63,863 bases of DNA from Carcharhinus longimanus (taxonomy: Eukaryota). Below the pieces are notes generated by a model. The model did no database searches. It had not been told where the DNA came from and worked only from the letters and a program-made list of their open reading frames with translations. This document shows, piece by piece, positions 53,700 to 63,863 of the stretch. The stretch's first letter is position 1, and each line of letters starts with the position of its first letter. A program made the translations under genes and the position numbers. The stretch spans positions 4,107,011-4,170,873 of the forward strand of contig JASCQW010000154.1 in the NCBI GenBank assembly GCA_030264375.1, in the 5' to 3' direction.

Positions 53700-54100
53700 A
53701 TGCTCCGATATTTATCCAGAAGGATGCATTTAGAAGTTATACGGAGTCCTTACAGCCTACGGGTCAGATGTCACTTGCAAAATTGTGTTCTGGCCACAGC
53801 TTCACAAAAACATATACAACTGAGATGCTGTGGAACAAAGCAACAAGAATATGCTAAATCCAGAGCGGGATGAGCTGTGAGGGAAGATTGGAGATGCTCG
53901 AATTTTGTAATCTAGGAATAAGTTAAAGCCAGACGTTATGGAAGAGTTTAATGGTAATGATTATATAAATTAGGGACATTACTCCTGTAGAGGGCAGGAA
54001 ATGAGAGTCAGAGGATATGCAATTCAATTAGATTTCTTGAAAAAATAGGATTGAACTTTAGCGAAAGACTTCCAAGAGTCTGCGAGGTGATATAATGAGA
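53700..54100 (+). mobile_element. Heavily degraded CR1-like fragment
   Basis: Weak remnants such as ATGAGCTGTGAGGGAAGATTGGAGATGCTCG (SYEERL-like). Confidence 0.35.
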
Positions 54101-55590
54101 TAATGTTATTCGATGCTTCAATGGGAAAGATTCTTTCATTTTTTTCTCTTGCCTTTAACTTGCAATGTATTCCACATGTTCGCACTCTACCTCACAGAGA
54201 CCATCATAGATCTAGACCCTGCATATATAAGCAGTTCTAAACTAATAGTTTTCAAATATAGCCAAATACTATTTGCAAACCCACTATGGCGGAATACAAT
54301 TTCCTCAATTAATGCAAACAGGCGATTCTACTTTTTTAAAAACTTTTCATTATGTTATTCACGAGATAAGTTCCGACACTAATGTCCAGTGAAATAACTG
54401 TGAATTAGATTGAATTATACGAGTTTTGAAAAGTGCTGAAGCTTGTCTTGAAATGAGTGAAAATTAATTAAATTCGAAATCTGTTGTGTGGTTCAATTGC
54501 TGATTTTGAGGAACAATATCGAATAGGTTCTTATTTCCTTTGCAGCCTAAGTTCTAAGGTCGGGTTTCTTGTCTCATGAACATTTTGCTGAAAAGCAGTA
54601 ATAAATTCAAACGACAGGAGATCTACTTCCTTCATACACATGAATTGCATCTTTTGGCAGGCTTCCAAACAAGGTTTGAAAAGTATTAAGCCGACATTAT
54701 TTTGTTTCAGAGAGACGCTGAAGCTGTATTAAAGTTGGTTGATGGTTTACAAATAGGAACCATTATTTGCATTTTGGAAGGTGATATATTATTTGAAGAT
54801 ATTGTAGACCATGCCCGAGTACTTCAGTTCCAGATTACTTATGAAACAACAACCACAAAATACAGACACTTTCTCCCAGATTTCTCTTAATCAGTAGGGA
54901 TGGAATTCCAGCATCAACCTTTTCAGGTAGAGAAATGCATAGGGATTCAGCCTTGGCAAAGCAGAAATATTTTCACTTAGGAAAAAAAATCTCAAATACA
55001 AGCATGTTAATATCACAGTACGAGATGTTATCGATTCTCAAATTTGAATCCGAATATTCTCTATGAATCTTCCCATTCGGAAAAGGTTGTAGTGTAAGTT
55101 AGTTATCCAAATGTAAAGCTTAAATTGAATATTATATATACTATTTAAGAACATAAATATTATAATAATTGCAAGTCTTCTATAGAATTAAGTCTCAGAT
55201 TGTTTTAATCTGTGCATTACTAAATTATATTACCGAAGTATTGTTCTTTTGAGCATGTTTTCATAAAGGCATTAAAACTAAAACAGTGAAGAGTGAGATA
55301 TATTTTACCTATATTGGCCCGATTATAATACATTAATACGCATTTTTGCTTGCCCAACTATAGTTCAATCGATATGTACTAACAAACTAAATCTAATTTG
55401 ATGGAATTTGATTTACAATTATAAGTTATCAATTATTATATCATATTCTTGGGGATTGGGCGGAAGTAGAAGAAGCGTATACCCCATCACATTATCAACA
55501 ATTATAACAGCGCTGTGGCAATATTCTGAATCTTCCCCTCCGATATATTTTCATGGGTAATCCCGATTCACATGTTATGATGTTCATTGA

Positions 55591-55604
55591 ACGGCAGAGG
55601 GCGC
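55591..55604 (+). promoter_or_regulatory. CTCF-like motif
   Basis: ACGGCAGAGGGCGC approximates CCAGCAGAGGGCGC and sits in a small CpG-rich patch. Confidence 0.45.
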
Positions 55605-56575
55605 GCGGGTGTAACCACCTGCCGAGCTGCGATGGGACGGCGACATGAAACCTACATTTTTCTTCAGCTGAAGAAGAGGTAATTGCAATAGTCAAGACTA
55701 CATAATATACTTGAGCACCAAGTACTTTGAAGTTGTGGAAAGAGCTATATAAATGCAAATTATTTCTTCCCTTTTTTGTTTAATATATCTGCACACTTTG
55801 TCAGCTTCTCATAATTGTGGCTGTAAATCAAGGCCCCGAGCATTAAAATAATCACCAAGATGTTTAAATATTTACTGAAGAAGGCTGACAGAAGTTGAGC
55901 AGTGTATAAAGTTAATCATGTTATTAATGAAACCTATGATTGTTTTCTATGTGTAATTGTGAGATCCTGAGCTGATATTCGTGATCAATCTTATTATAAT
56001 AGCCCCTTTGTATTGTTTGTCTGTGTATGGTAGCTTAGTGCCAGACAGTGACCTTGGGGCTTATTGTTCAGGAAGGCTGTGCATGCAGGTGTATCAAATA
56101 AAGGCTTTATCGGTTTGGACTTCTCGGTAGTGGGATCATTACTTTCTGGTAGGAAAGGTGAAGTGGGTGAATCATAATTAATGGTGAACGTTTTCCTTTC
56201 AAAAGCAAACTATGATCATTAATATTCTTACCAGTCTATTTCTCAACGGCGGAATTATTTCAATTCTCCTGAAGACCTCAATCATCATTAGATCCTGCTT
56301 GTGTCCTTCAGTATCTCATTCAAGCATTTTTTGATTCCTTGTCTTTCTCCTGCAAGATAGCGATGGTTTTAGCACAGCACTGAAAATTCATGCCTTAGGT
56401 TCTCCATGTTTCTCTTCTCCTCGTCTTCAAAACTCTCCGTAAGACATTTATCAACCATATTTTGGTCATCTCTTTATGACCACTGGAGGTGAGCTTCTTA
56501 TTTGTGCGTTGCTTTCAGACGTTTACGGAATGTGCACGCTAAACTCAAATTGCTATTTTTGAGGAAGCTCAACTC

Positions 56576-56739
56576 ATAGAAACCCTACAGTGCAGAAGGA
56601 GGCATACGGCCCACTGAGTCTGCACAAACCTCAATCCCACGCAGGCCCTATCCTCATGCCCTAGTTAGTCCCCGTCCCCCTGACGCTAAGGGGCAATGTA
56701 TTATTTCCAATCCACCTCTCCCGCACATCTTTGCACTGT
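56576..56739 (-). mobile_element. 3' half of an HE1-type SINE
   Basis: CATAGAAACCCTACAGTGCAGAAGGAGGC...GAGTCTGCAC...CCAATCCACCT...GCACATCTTTG is the reverse complement of the 3' half of the 43.2-kb SINE. Confidence 0.8.
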
Positions 56740-57003
56740 TCAAATTTAACCATGCAACATTTTTAATTATTCAAAATGGCATCCCATGATTTCATAAGAG
56801 TAACGAGAAATTCCTGAAATATTTAGATGGGTCTTCAACGCAACCCAGTGCGCATTTGGATCGCAGGAGTGTTGGTAAAAACAGACAAATAACTTGCGAC
56901 AAACATTTCCATAAAGAGCGTCGCATGCCGAGAATAGACATTATCCCAATTTACAAAAACATGCGTGAAAAACTAAACACGATAAGGCATGTTACAGTTA
57001 ACG

Positions 57004-57340
57004 GCAAAGTATTGTGGATGCTGGAATCTGTAACAAAAACAGAAAATGCTGGAAAATCTCAACAGGCCTGACAGCGTCTGTGGAGAGAGAATAGAGTAAG
57101 AAGTCTCACAACACCAGGAACTCTCCACTCACCTGCCGAAGGGCCAAACCCCGAAAGGTTGTGAGTTTACTATCAAATAAACTGGTTGGACTCTAACCTG
57201 GTGCTGTGAGACTTCTCACTGTGTTTACCCCAGCCCAACGCCGGCATCTCCACATTGAGAGAGAATAGCGCCAACGTTTCAAGGCTGGATGACCCTTCAT
57301 CAGAGACCTGCAGAGATTTTCCAGCATTTTCTGTTTATGT
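57004..57340. mobile_element. Foldback element family A with hammerhead-like core, interrupted by a family B insertion
   Basis: Arms AAACAGAAAATGCTGGAAAATCTC (57037-57060) and GAGATTTTCCAGCATTTTCTGTTT (57313-57336) are perfect inverted repeats. Minus strand CTGATGA-agggtcatccagcctt-GAAA-cgtt at 57303-57273. Confidence 0.8.
57095..57256 (+). mobile_element. Foldback element family B (Penelope-like inverted repeat plus tail) with 12-bp target-site duplication
   Basis: 24-bp inverted arms 57095-57118 and 57197-57220 (2 mismatches), then a 36-nt tail. GAGAGAGAATAG is duplicated at 57083-57094 and 57257-57268. Internal CTGCCGA-agggccaaacccc-GAAA and AATAAA. Confidence 0.85.
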
Positions 57341-57877
57341 TGCAGTAAACCAGTGTTCTGGTGAAATTTAGTGAAATAAATTCCTGTTATCTTGATTGTA
57401 ATTAATAACGATCTTTTTTAACAAATGAATCATTTTTGAAGTTAATATCTGAAATATTTAAACATTGTATAATCGACCCTATCCTTGTGAGCCCGGATAT
57501 GATCAAATGTTTGATAATGAGATCTCATTACAATTACCAATACTATTCTGAAGCATTGTAATATTGGACCAATGGATTTCTTTGCCTGATGGAATCGGGC
57601 GACAGTGAACCTTGATATTATTAAATACAGCTATCATCGCGGTTATATTGAAAACCAGTTTTAGTGAAACTTTGATATGGCGCTGTTATGTGTAATGAAA
57701 TACTTACTATCTTACTATAAGAACCTCGTTTTATAAAACAATTTCATATTCGCCATTTTTATAGCGAAGACATATAATCAACACCGTTACAGTGAAATGC
57801 TGTTATAATGACCATTCTTATAATGAATGCTTACTTTCACTTGTCCTATGATGGCAAAATGCCGTCATAGCAAATCT

Positions 57878-57990
57878 CGAAATCAAAAACAGAAAATGCT
57901 GGAAACACCCAGCAGTCAAACAGGTTAGAGCAGGGGGACTGAGAATGTCAAAATCAAATTTAGAATTTCCAGTATTTACATTTTTTGGTG
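57878..57990. mobile_element. Degenerate partial family A element
   Basis: AAAAACAGAAAATGCTGGAAACACCCAGCAG matches the family A left arm. A weak right arm (TTTCCAGTATTT) lies near 57966. Confidence 0.55.
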
Positions 57991-58925
57991 TTCGATTACA
58001 GAATCATGATTATATTAAAAACTGCGTTGACGACCTGTTATAATGATGCCCCTGAGAGTGAAATCTTACCGCGTTGAAAACTTTGCAATAATAAAATACG
58101 TTTTTAAAGTTTCCTCAGGAAAATTTCTCCAAAGAAGGGGCTATTTGAAAAATATTTTGCTACATTTACAGTTAATTTGAGAACTCGTTATACAAGTAAT
58201 GATGTATATGCACTATGTTATAGTGTAATAAACTACTGATAGAGTAACTATCACAAAGACAACTGACTCGGAGGACACGATACTGAGCCAAAAACTGAAA
58301 ACCTGAAGGAAAGTATCTTAGGATCTTCATTACGCTATCACGTATCCAATCAGAAAGAAGGGATATTATTGCGTTCTTTATCTGCTTGCAGATAAATATT
58401 TTATTTCAAGGAATACCCTTTGTGTGTGCCAATGTTTTCAGCAACCCACTTAATGAATATGTCATTTGTGGAAAAGGCCCGGATTGTTTATAAGGGGCAG
58501 TAAAAAGAAGAATTTAATTTAAGGGCTCTAACCAAATATGCTAGCTCTTAATCTGTAAAATTGAATTTTCCAGGCATCCCAAAGCACGTGGGGAAATCAG
58601 TCGTCTTTTAACNNNNNNNNNNNNNNNNNNNNNNNNNNCTTTTCAGATTATATGGGAACATTGGAATACGAGTGTGCAGCCTATTGAGCCTGCTTAATTA
58701 GATCATGATTGATCTGTACTAATTGCAAATGAACCCTTTCGGTGGTACTTTCCCAAGTAATGCTTGGTTTCTCATTTATCCCTTTTCCTGATACTTCGCT
58801 GCTCGGCATGGCAGCTCGCAACCTTAGACATTCAGCAGCAGAATTAAACCCTCTTGATTGGCAATTCTTTTTCTTTATAAGAACGACGAGCAACTTGGAT
58901 ACTTAATGAAAAGTTACATTTTACT

Positions 58926-59110
58926 AAAAAAGCAGAAAACGCTGGAAGCTCTCAGCGGGTCAGGGAGCATTTATGGAGAGAAAAACAACTTAGGTCGATG
59001 ATTTTGCTTCAGATTTACACAGATGCTGTCTGACCTGCTGAGAGCTTCCAGCCTTTGCTGTGTTTAATGAATGTTCCCTGCTTCGGAACTGTTTTGCTTT
59101 TGTTTTAGCT
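58926..59110. mobile_element. Foldback element family A
   Basis: About 48-bp inverted arms (58927-58975 vs 59018-59065) sharing GCTGGAAGCTCTCAGC/GCTGAGAGCTTCCAGC. Confidence 0.75.
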
Positions 59111-59677
59111 TTCATTTACACCCTACTTTGATTCTGGTTGGCAAATGCTGAGTCAATAGAGAGGAGACAGCACACATTTACTAGGATTCTGATAAGAGGG
59201 AAATCAGTAAAACAACTGGGGCTGGATTCATTCGAGAAGAAATCGTGGGAGATTTGATATCCCTCTTTGAAATGGAAAGGGATTTAATTGCGATATACGG
59301 GACAAGATTGTTAGTCAGCCTAAAATGAGGGAACATAGATTCAGCATTAAGTATGAGGGATTTGGTACAGAACGCTAGATAAATATTTCTATCCAAAAGG
59401 TTCTGCGTCCAGGGAATGCTCTGCTGGGGTTACTGATTGATTCTTTTTCGTCTATTGAAGGATTTGGTCGTCGCTGAAAATACCAGCATTTATTGTTCTC
59501 TCCTAATCGCCATTGAGCGGGTGACGATACGATGCCTTACTTGGTGAAGGTACTCCAAGAGTTCTGTGCGAGAGTGAGTTCCCGGATTTCGACCCATTAG
59601 CGACGACAGAAAATGGAAGAACGGCGAGATATTTCAATATCAGGATAGAATGAGACCTGCAGGGAACTTCAAGCATT

Positions 59678-59795
59678 GGACTGCGGCAGTTCAAGAAGGC
59701 AACTCACCACCACCTTGTCAAGGGCAAATAGGATTGGGCAATAAATACTGACCTAGCCATCGATGCCCCCATTCCATGAATGAATTTTAAAAAAT
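59678..59795 (+). mobile_element. 3' end of the same LINE family, inverted inside the older copy
   Basis: GCAGTTCAAGAAGGCAACTCACCACCACCTTGTCAAGGGCAAATAGGATTGGGCAATAAATACTGACC...CCATGAATGAATTTTAAAAAA. Confidence 0.7.
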
Positions 59796-59906
59796 GCTCG
59801 TTCCCTTGATCTCTCTAGGACAGTTAGTGCCCTTTTATGTTTGGAAGGGGCTGCCGAACAAGTCTTGGCGAATACTGCCCTGCATTTTATAGATGGCATA
59901 TATCAT

Positions 59907-59994
59907 AGTAAAAAGTCTGACAACACCAGGTTTTAGCTGGTGTTGTCAGACTTTTTACTGTGTTTACGCCAGTCCAACGCCGGCATACCCACAT
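59907..59994 (+). mobile_element. Minimal family B element: perfect 23-bp hairpin plus tail, with 13-bp flanking direct repeat
   Basis: AGTAAAAAGTCTGACAACACCAG (59907-59929), 7-nt loop, exact reverse complement (59937-59959), and a tail homologous to 57221-57255. CATATATCATAGT occurs at 59897-59909 and 59995-60007. Confidence 0.88.
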
Positions 59995-62111
59995 CATATA
60001 TCATAGTCACAGCGCTACAGTGGTGGATGAACCGAATGTTTAATATGGAGGATGAGGTGCCAATCAAATTCTCCTAAATAGTATCGAGTTTCTTGAGTGC
60101 TGTTAGGTAGCACTATCCTGGCAGTGTTCCATCATACTTCTGATTGCACTTTCAGCCATAGTTTTCATGTGGCTGACACGATTAAATTTCTGGCCTATGG
60201 TTTGGGATGGCGAGGGCGATACTACGATAGCAATGCTGTTGGAAGATTAGATGGTTAAATTACCTCTTGTTTCGCATAGTCTTTACATGCTACTTATGTG
60301 GCATGAATATATTGTGTCACTTATCAACCCAAAGCTGAATGTTATCCAGATCTTGTTGTATGTGGGGAAGGAGTGCTTCATCTGAGGAGTTGCAACAGGA
60401 AGTGACCACTGAGCAAACATCAGGCTAGAACCCAGCCTGACCTACTGATTGAGGAAGGTGATTGATAATATGGAAAAAATTATCATGCTTAAGTTGTCGC
60501 CCAAGGAACTCATGCGGCTGGGACTAGGCACTAAGACAACCGACTTTCAACAACCACAGAGATCTTCCTTTGCACTTTGCATAGGTTTAGAAGGCGCTGT
60601 TTAAGAAGTCTTGGTGAATTCGTACGTATAGGACATTTTCCACATTGCTAGGTAGAAATCAGAGCAATATACTGTAACAGGTTAGCAAATGGTGTGGCTA
60701 GTTCTGGAATACAAGTATTCGACACTACAATCAAAATATTTTCGTGGCCCACAGCTTCTGTTTTACGCGTTATATTCAGCTATTTCATGATGTCGCAGGA
60801 AGTGAATCAAATTAGCTGAAATCTAATTTTCATGATGGTCAGGCAGATGGGAGACAGATTATCCACTCAGTATTCCACTGAAGATGGTTGCAAACGCTTC
60901 GACGATGCCTTCTGTGCGTATGCCTGACTCCAGCAGCATTGAGGATGGAAATATTTCTAGAATCCCAACCCCACAACCCCCCACCCACCCCGCACCTCCG
61001 ACATATGTTAATTGCTTCTTGCCAACAAACAAAACAACCTGGAGTCTGGATGTGGAGCTTTAATTTGATCAGTTGATTGTATGATTGATTAATTCTGCCT
61101 ATACATTGTTTCTTCCACTATTCAGCATGCATATAGTTCTGTGTTGTAGCTTCATAAGTTATGCTAGGTACTGCTCCTGGTGTGCTCTTCTGCAGTCTTC
61201 ATTGATTTGCTCCCTGGGTTTGATGATGATAGTAGAGTGAGGAGTACGCTGGACGTTGGGGATTACAACATTGATTCTGCTGCTGTTGTTAATCTGAAGT
61301 GTCAATAGCTGCCTAGTTTTCATTTGCTTGATCTGTTCTGAATATATGACAGTGGTAATTCCACACAACTATATTTAGTGATTTCTCGGTGTGAAGACAA
61401 GACCTCGTCTACACAAACATGGTGTGGCGGTCTCTCCAGCAGTAATGTCACAGAGGAATTCTACCTGTGGTATCTGGCGAGGACAAGGTCAAGTATAGTT
61501 TTCCTTCATGTTAGTTTTCTCATCCCTGCTAGAGGACCAGTCTGGCAGTTCTGTCATTCAGACCCAACCATATCTGGCATTACCCGTACTCCATTCACTC
61601 TGCGATGGAAGTTGAAGTTCCCCATCTCCACTCTGTGCTCTTGCTACCCTCAGTGCTTCTCTCAGGTGCCGTTGGAGGTTTTTCCCTCGTTTATTTTTGA
61701 CTGGATGTCATGAGACATCATGTGTCAAGAGTTATCGTTGAGGGCTACAGGGTCACTTCGACTTGACTGCATGTCGCTGTACCACTGGTGGGTCTCGTCT
61801 GCCAGTTGGATGTGACATCCCGAAGGATGGTATTAGAGGTCTGGAATTTTGGCTCTTCTGATTATGGAAAAAGTTTACAGACGTTAATGGGAAGGCTATT
61901 GAAGGGCGGACGGGCCTAAATGCATGTTTGTTGCACCCGAATCCAGTTTNNNNNNNNNNNNNNNNNNNNNNNNNNNNNNNNNNNNNNNNNNNNNNNNNNN
62001 NNNNNNNNNNNNNNNNNNNNNNNNNNNNNNNNNNNNNNNNNNNNNNNNNCAGTTTCTAGGTTGAATCTGAGCGATCAGTTTGTTTTTATTCCTTGATGTC
62101 TTCAGTAGAGG

Positions 62112-62402
62112 TTTGTACATCTGGGTGACTGGCTAAGCTATTTGGGAGGCCAGTTAAAAATCCCACAATGCCGTGTTTTGGAATCAATGCGAGTCAGACT
62201 GAATGAAGGTGGTAGATTTCCTTCCTGAAATTACACGATTGAACTTTTTTTTATAATAACCCATTGTCAGCAATGAAATAAGCTTTTTAATTCCACGCGT
62301 ATTTAAGTTAATTTAAATTTCCAAGCTACCTTATTGGTATTTACTAATTAATTCAGGCCGCTGGATTAGTGGTCCAGTTATATAACTGCTATGCTATCGT
62401 GG
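62112..62402 (-). mobile_element. Degenerate tRNA-head SINE or 5' region of the adjacent LINE
   Basis: Minus strand begins GATAGCATAGCAGTTATATAACTGGACCACTAATCCAG and contains AGGAAGGAAATCTACC. It resembles a common shark repeat, recognised by eye only. Confidence 0.5.
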
Positions 62403-62989
62403 CCCCACATATCAAAATGTAAGAATAGACCAGGTAGATTGTATAACACGACAACAATGGGGCAAGCACATGAGATTAGGAATGTAAATCCTATAGAAGA
62501 TGCGTGTCAATGCAGACTATTTGCGTCGAATATCTCTCGACTGTCTATTCTTAATAATTCAATGTAACAGTAATACCTTGTGTTAACATGAGTCACACTA
62601 TGAGCTGCGACTTACATTCTGCTCACTGGAAAGAAGTCACTTGGAGCGTTCAACTGACTTCATATTATTCAAACCACCGTCATAGTTTTACTCCCAATTA
62701 TGCTGACGCCTCGGACATCAATGGCAGTCAAGGAGATTGAGATGCAGAAGGGACCAGCACTGAAGCAATGTAGACTTGTTAGGAGATAATGTGGTTGAAG
62801 GAGAATACAAAGCTAGCGAAGGGTGAAACAATGCAAAGGTTTCAGCAAAAGGATGAACGTTTTTAATTTAAAGTGTTACGAGATTGAAATTTTGAGTAAA
62901 GGGAGAAGAAATTTACCACAATTATATGAGACATGAGGGACTTCAGTGGAGTTACTGGAGCAGAGGAGGTCAATGGGATCTTTAATGGA

Positions 62990-63238
62990 GAGGGTCAACA
63001 TGATGCGGATGTGTGAGAGCGTAAACACTTAAGAATTGTTTGCAATGGTGGATGAGTCGGCATCAAGAGGACAGGTTTAAGGTCATTGGCTAAAGGTCCA
63101 GAAGGAAGGTGAGTTGACGACATTTTATGCAATAATTTGTTCTGACCTAGTTAGACACCGCATGAAAGAATGTTAGAATTAGGTTCAATAGTGAATATCA
63201 AAAAAAGAAATTGGATAGATAGTTGAAGAGAGAAAAAG
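62990..63238 (+). mobile_element. Degraded CR1 3' fragment
   Basis: AGAGGACAGGTTTAAGGTCATTGG...AAAAGAAATTGGATAGATAGTTGAAG resembles the CR1 ORF2 terminus. Confidence 0.5.
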
Positions 63239-63239
63239 A

Positions 63240-63727
63240 TCGACTTCCATTTCTAGCGCACCTTCCATGATCTCAGGTCTTCCCAAAGCACTTCATGGCT
63301 AACTAAATATTTCGACTCTAATGAAGGGTCATTCAGATTCGAAACGTTAGCTCTGTTCTCGCTCCATAGATACTGTCAGACCTGCTATTTCTGCTATAAA
63401 TACTTTGACGTTTAGTTGTAATGTTGGGATAAGCAGCATTGAATTTCCGCATAACAGCTCCAAAAAATAGCAAGATGATAAGGACCCTGTTTTCTCATTG
63501 CGTTAATTACGGGATAAATATTGATCAGAGCAACTGCTAGATTCCTGTTTTTCTCAGAAATCGTGCTCTGGGATTTTTGTTAACCAAGACACCTTATCAA
63601 AAATGCAGTGCCTCCCACCGTCTAGTATTTTCTTGCTGCTTACCCACAGACCGTGCAGCATTCCCTCGGTAATGCAGAAATATGTTAGCCTGGATTTGGT
63701 GCTCCAGTCTCTGGTTTCGGACTTGAA
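63240..63727 (-). mobile_element. DeuSINE (SacSINE1/AmnSINE1-like) remnant
   Basis: Plus-strand CCCAAAGCACTTCA..., GGGATAAATATTG..., GTGCAGCATTCCCTCGGTAATGCA...GTTAGCCTGGATTTGGTGCTCCAGTCTCTGG match the reverse of the Deu domain and head as recalled. Confidence 0.65.
63317..63396 (+). mobile_element. Single-arm family A fragment with hammerhead-like core inserted in the DeuSINE
   Basis: CTAATGA-agggtcattcagattc-GAAA-cgttagctct followed by the family A right arm. Flanked by TAAATATTTCGAC (63304-63316) and TAAATACTTTGAC (63397-63409). Confidence 0.7.
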
Positions 63728-63863
63728 GTGTGAGGTGGTCCACTTTGGTAGGAAGAATGGTAGGAAGGACTATTACTTACGTGGCGAAAAACTGCAGCAC
63801 GCGACGGTGCAGAGGGACCTTGGGGTCCTTGTGCATGAGTCGCAAAAACCCAGCTTGCAGGTG
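63726..63863 (+). mobile_element. 5'-truncated CR1 LINE ORF2 fragment running off the window end
   Basis: Open frame KCEVVHFGRKNGRKDYYLRGEKLQHATVQRDLGVLVHESQKPSLQV contains the CR1 post-RT motifs KCxVxHFG and RDLGV. Confidence 0.9.

Larger units (their letters stand above)
59460..61850 (-). mobile_element. Long degraded non-LTR retrotransposon (CR1/L2-group), interrupted by younger insertions
   Basis: 3' end on minus (CAATAAATGCTGG near 59492-59480) matches the plus-strand 3' end at 59678-59795. Scattered LINE-like remnants follow with no intact ORF. Boundaries are approximate. Confidence 0.55.

Noticed and set aside
1-63863. CRISPR arrays, rRNA, or prokaryotic/viral systems
   Set aside because: No regular repeat-spacer array, rRNA-like sequence or dense intronless ORFs. 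The window is ordinary vertebrate nuclear DNA.

Overview
Vertebrate genomic DNA containing the posterior part of a HoxB cluster. HE1/V-SINE-type and DeuSINE-type repeats together with a retained HoxB10 point to a cartilaginous fish, most likely a shark. All genes lie on the minus strand in colinear order. They are HoxB8 (exons 1760-1334 and 927-650), HoxB9 (12398-11882 and 11201-10960), a miR-196 hairpin (about 17188-17105) and HoxB10 (26816-26093 and 20898-20627). The HoxB8 3' UTR carries a full-length miR-196 complementary site (247-268) in which all three deviations are G:U wobbles. The remaining 37 kb is a gene-free spacer toward the expected HoxB13, which is not in the window. It has regulatory-looking islands (nuclear-receptor DR0/DR1 cluster, RFX, YY1, CTCF, Pbx-Hox, octamer motifs) and becomes repeat-rich after about 38.8 kb (SINEs, CR1, L2, Rex1 fragments). 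The most unusual signal is two families of short self-complementary elements. Several have 12-13 bp target-site duplications and hammerhead-ribozyme-like cores (CUGAUGA...GAAA), one is nested inside another, and they are interpreted as Penelope-like derivatives. All family and orthology calls come from recognition by eye, not from database searches.
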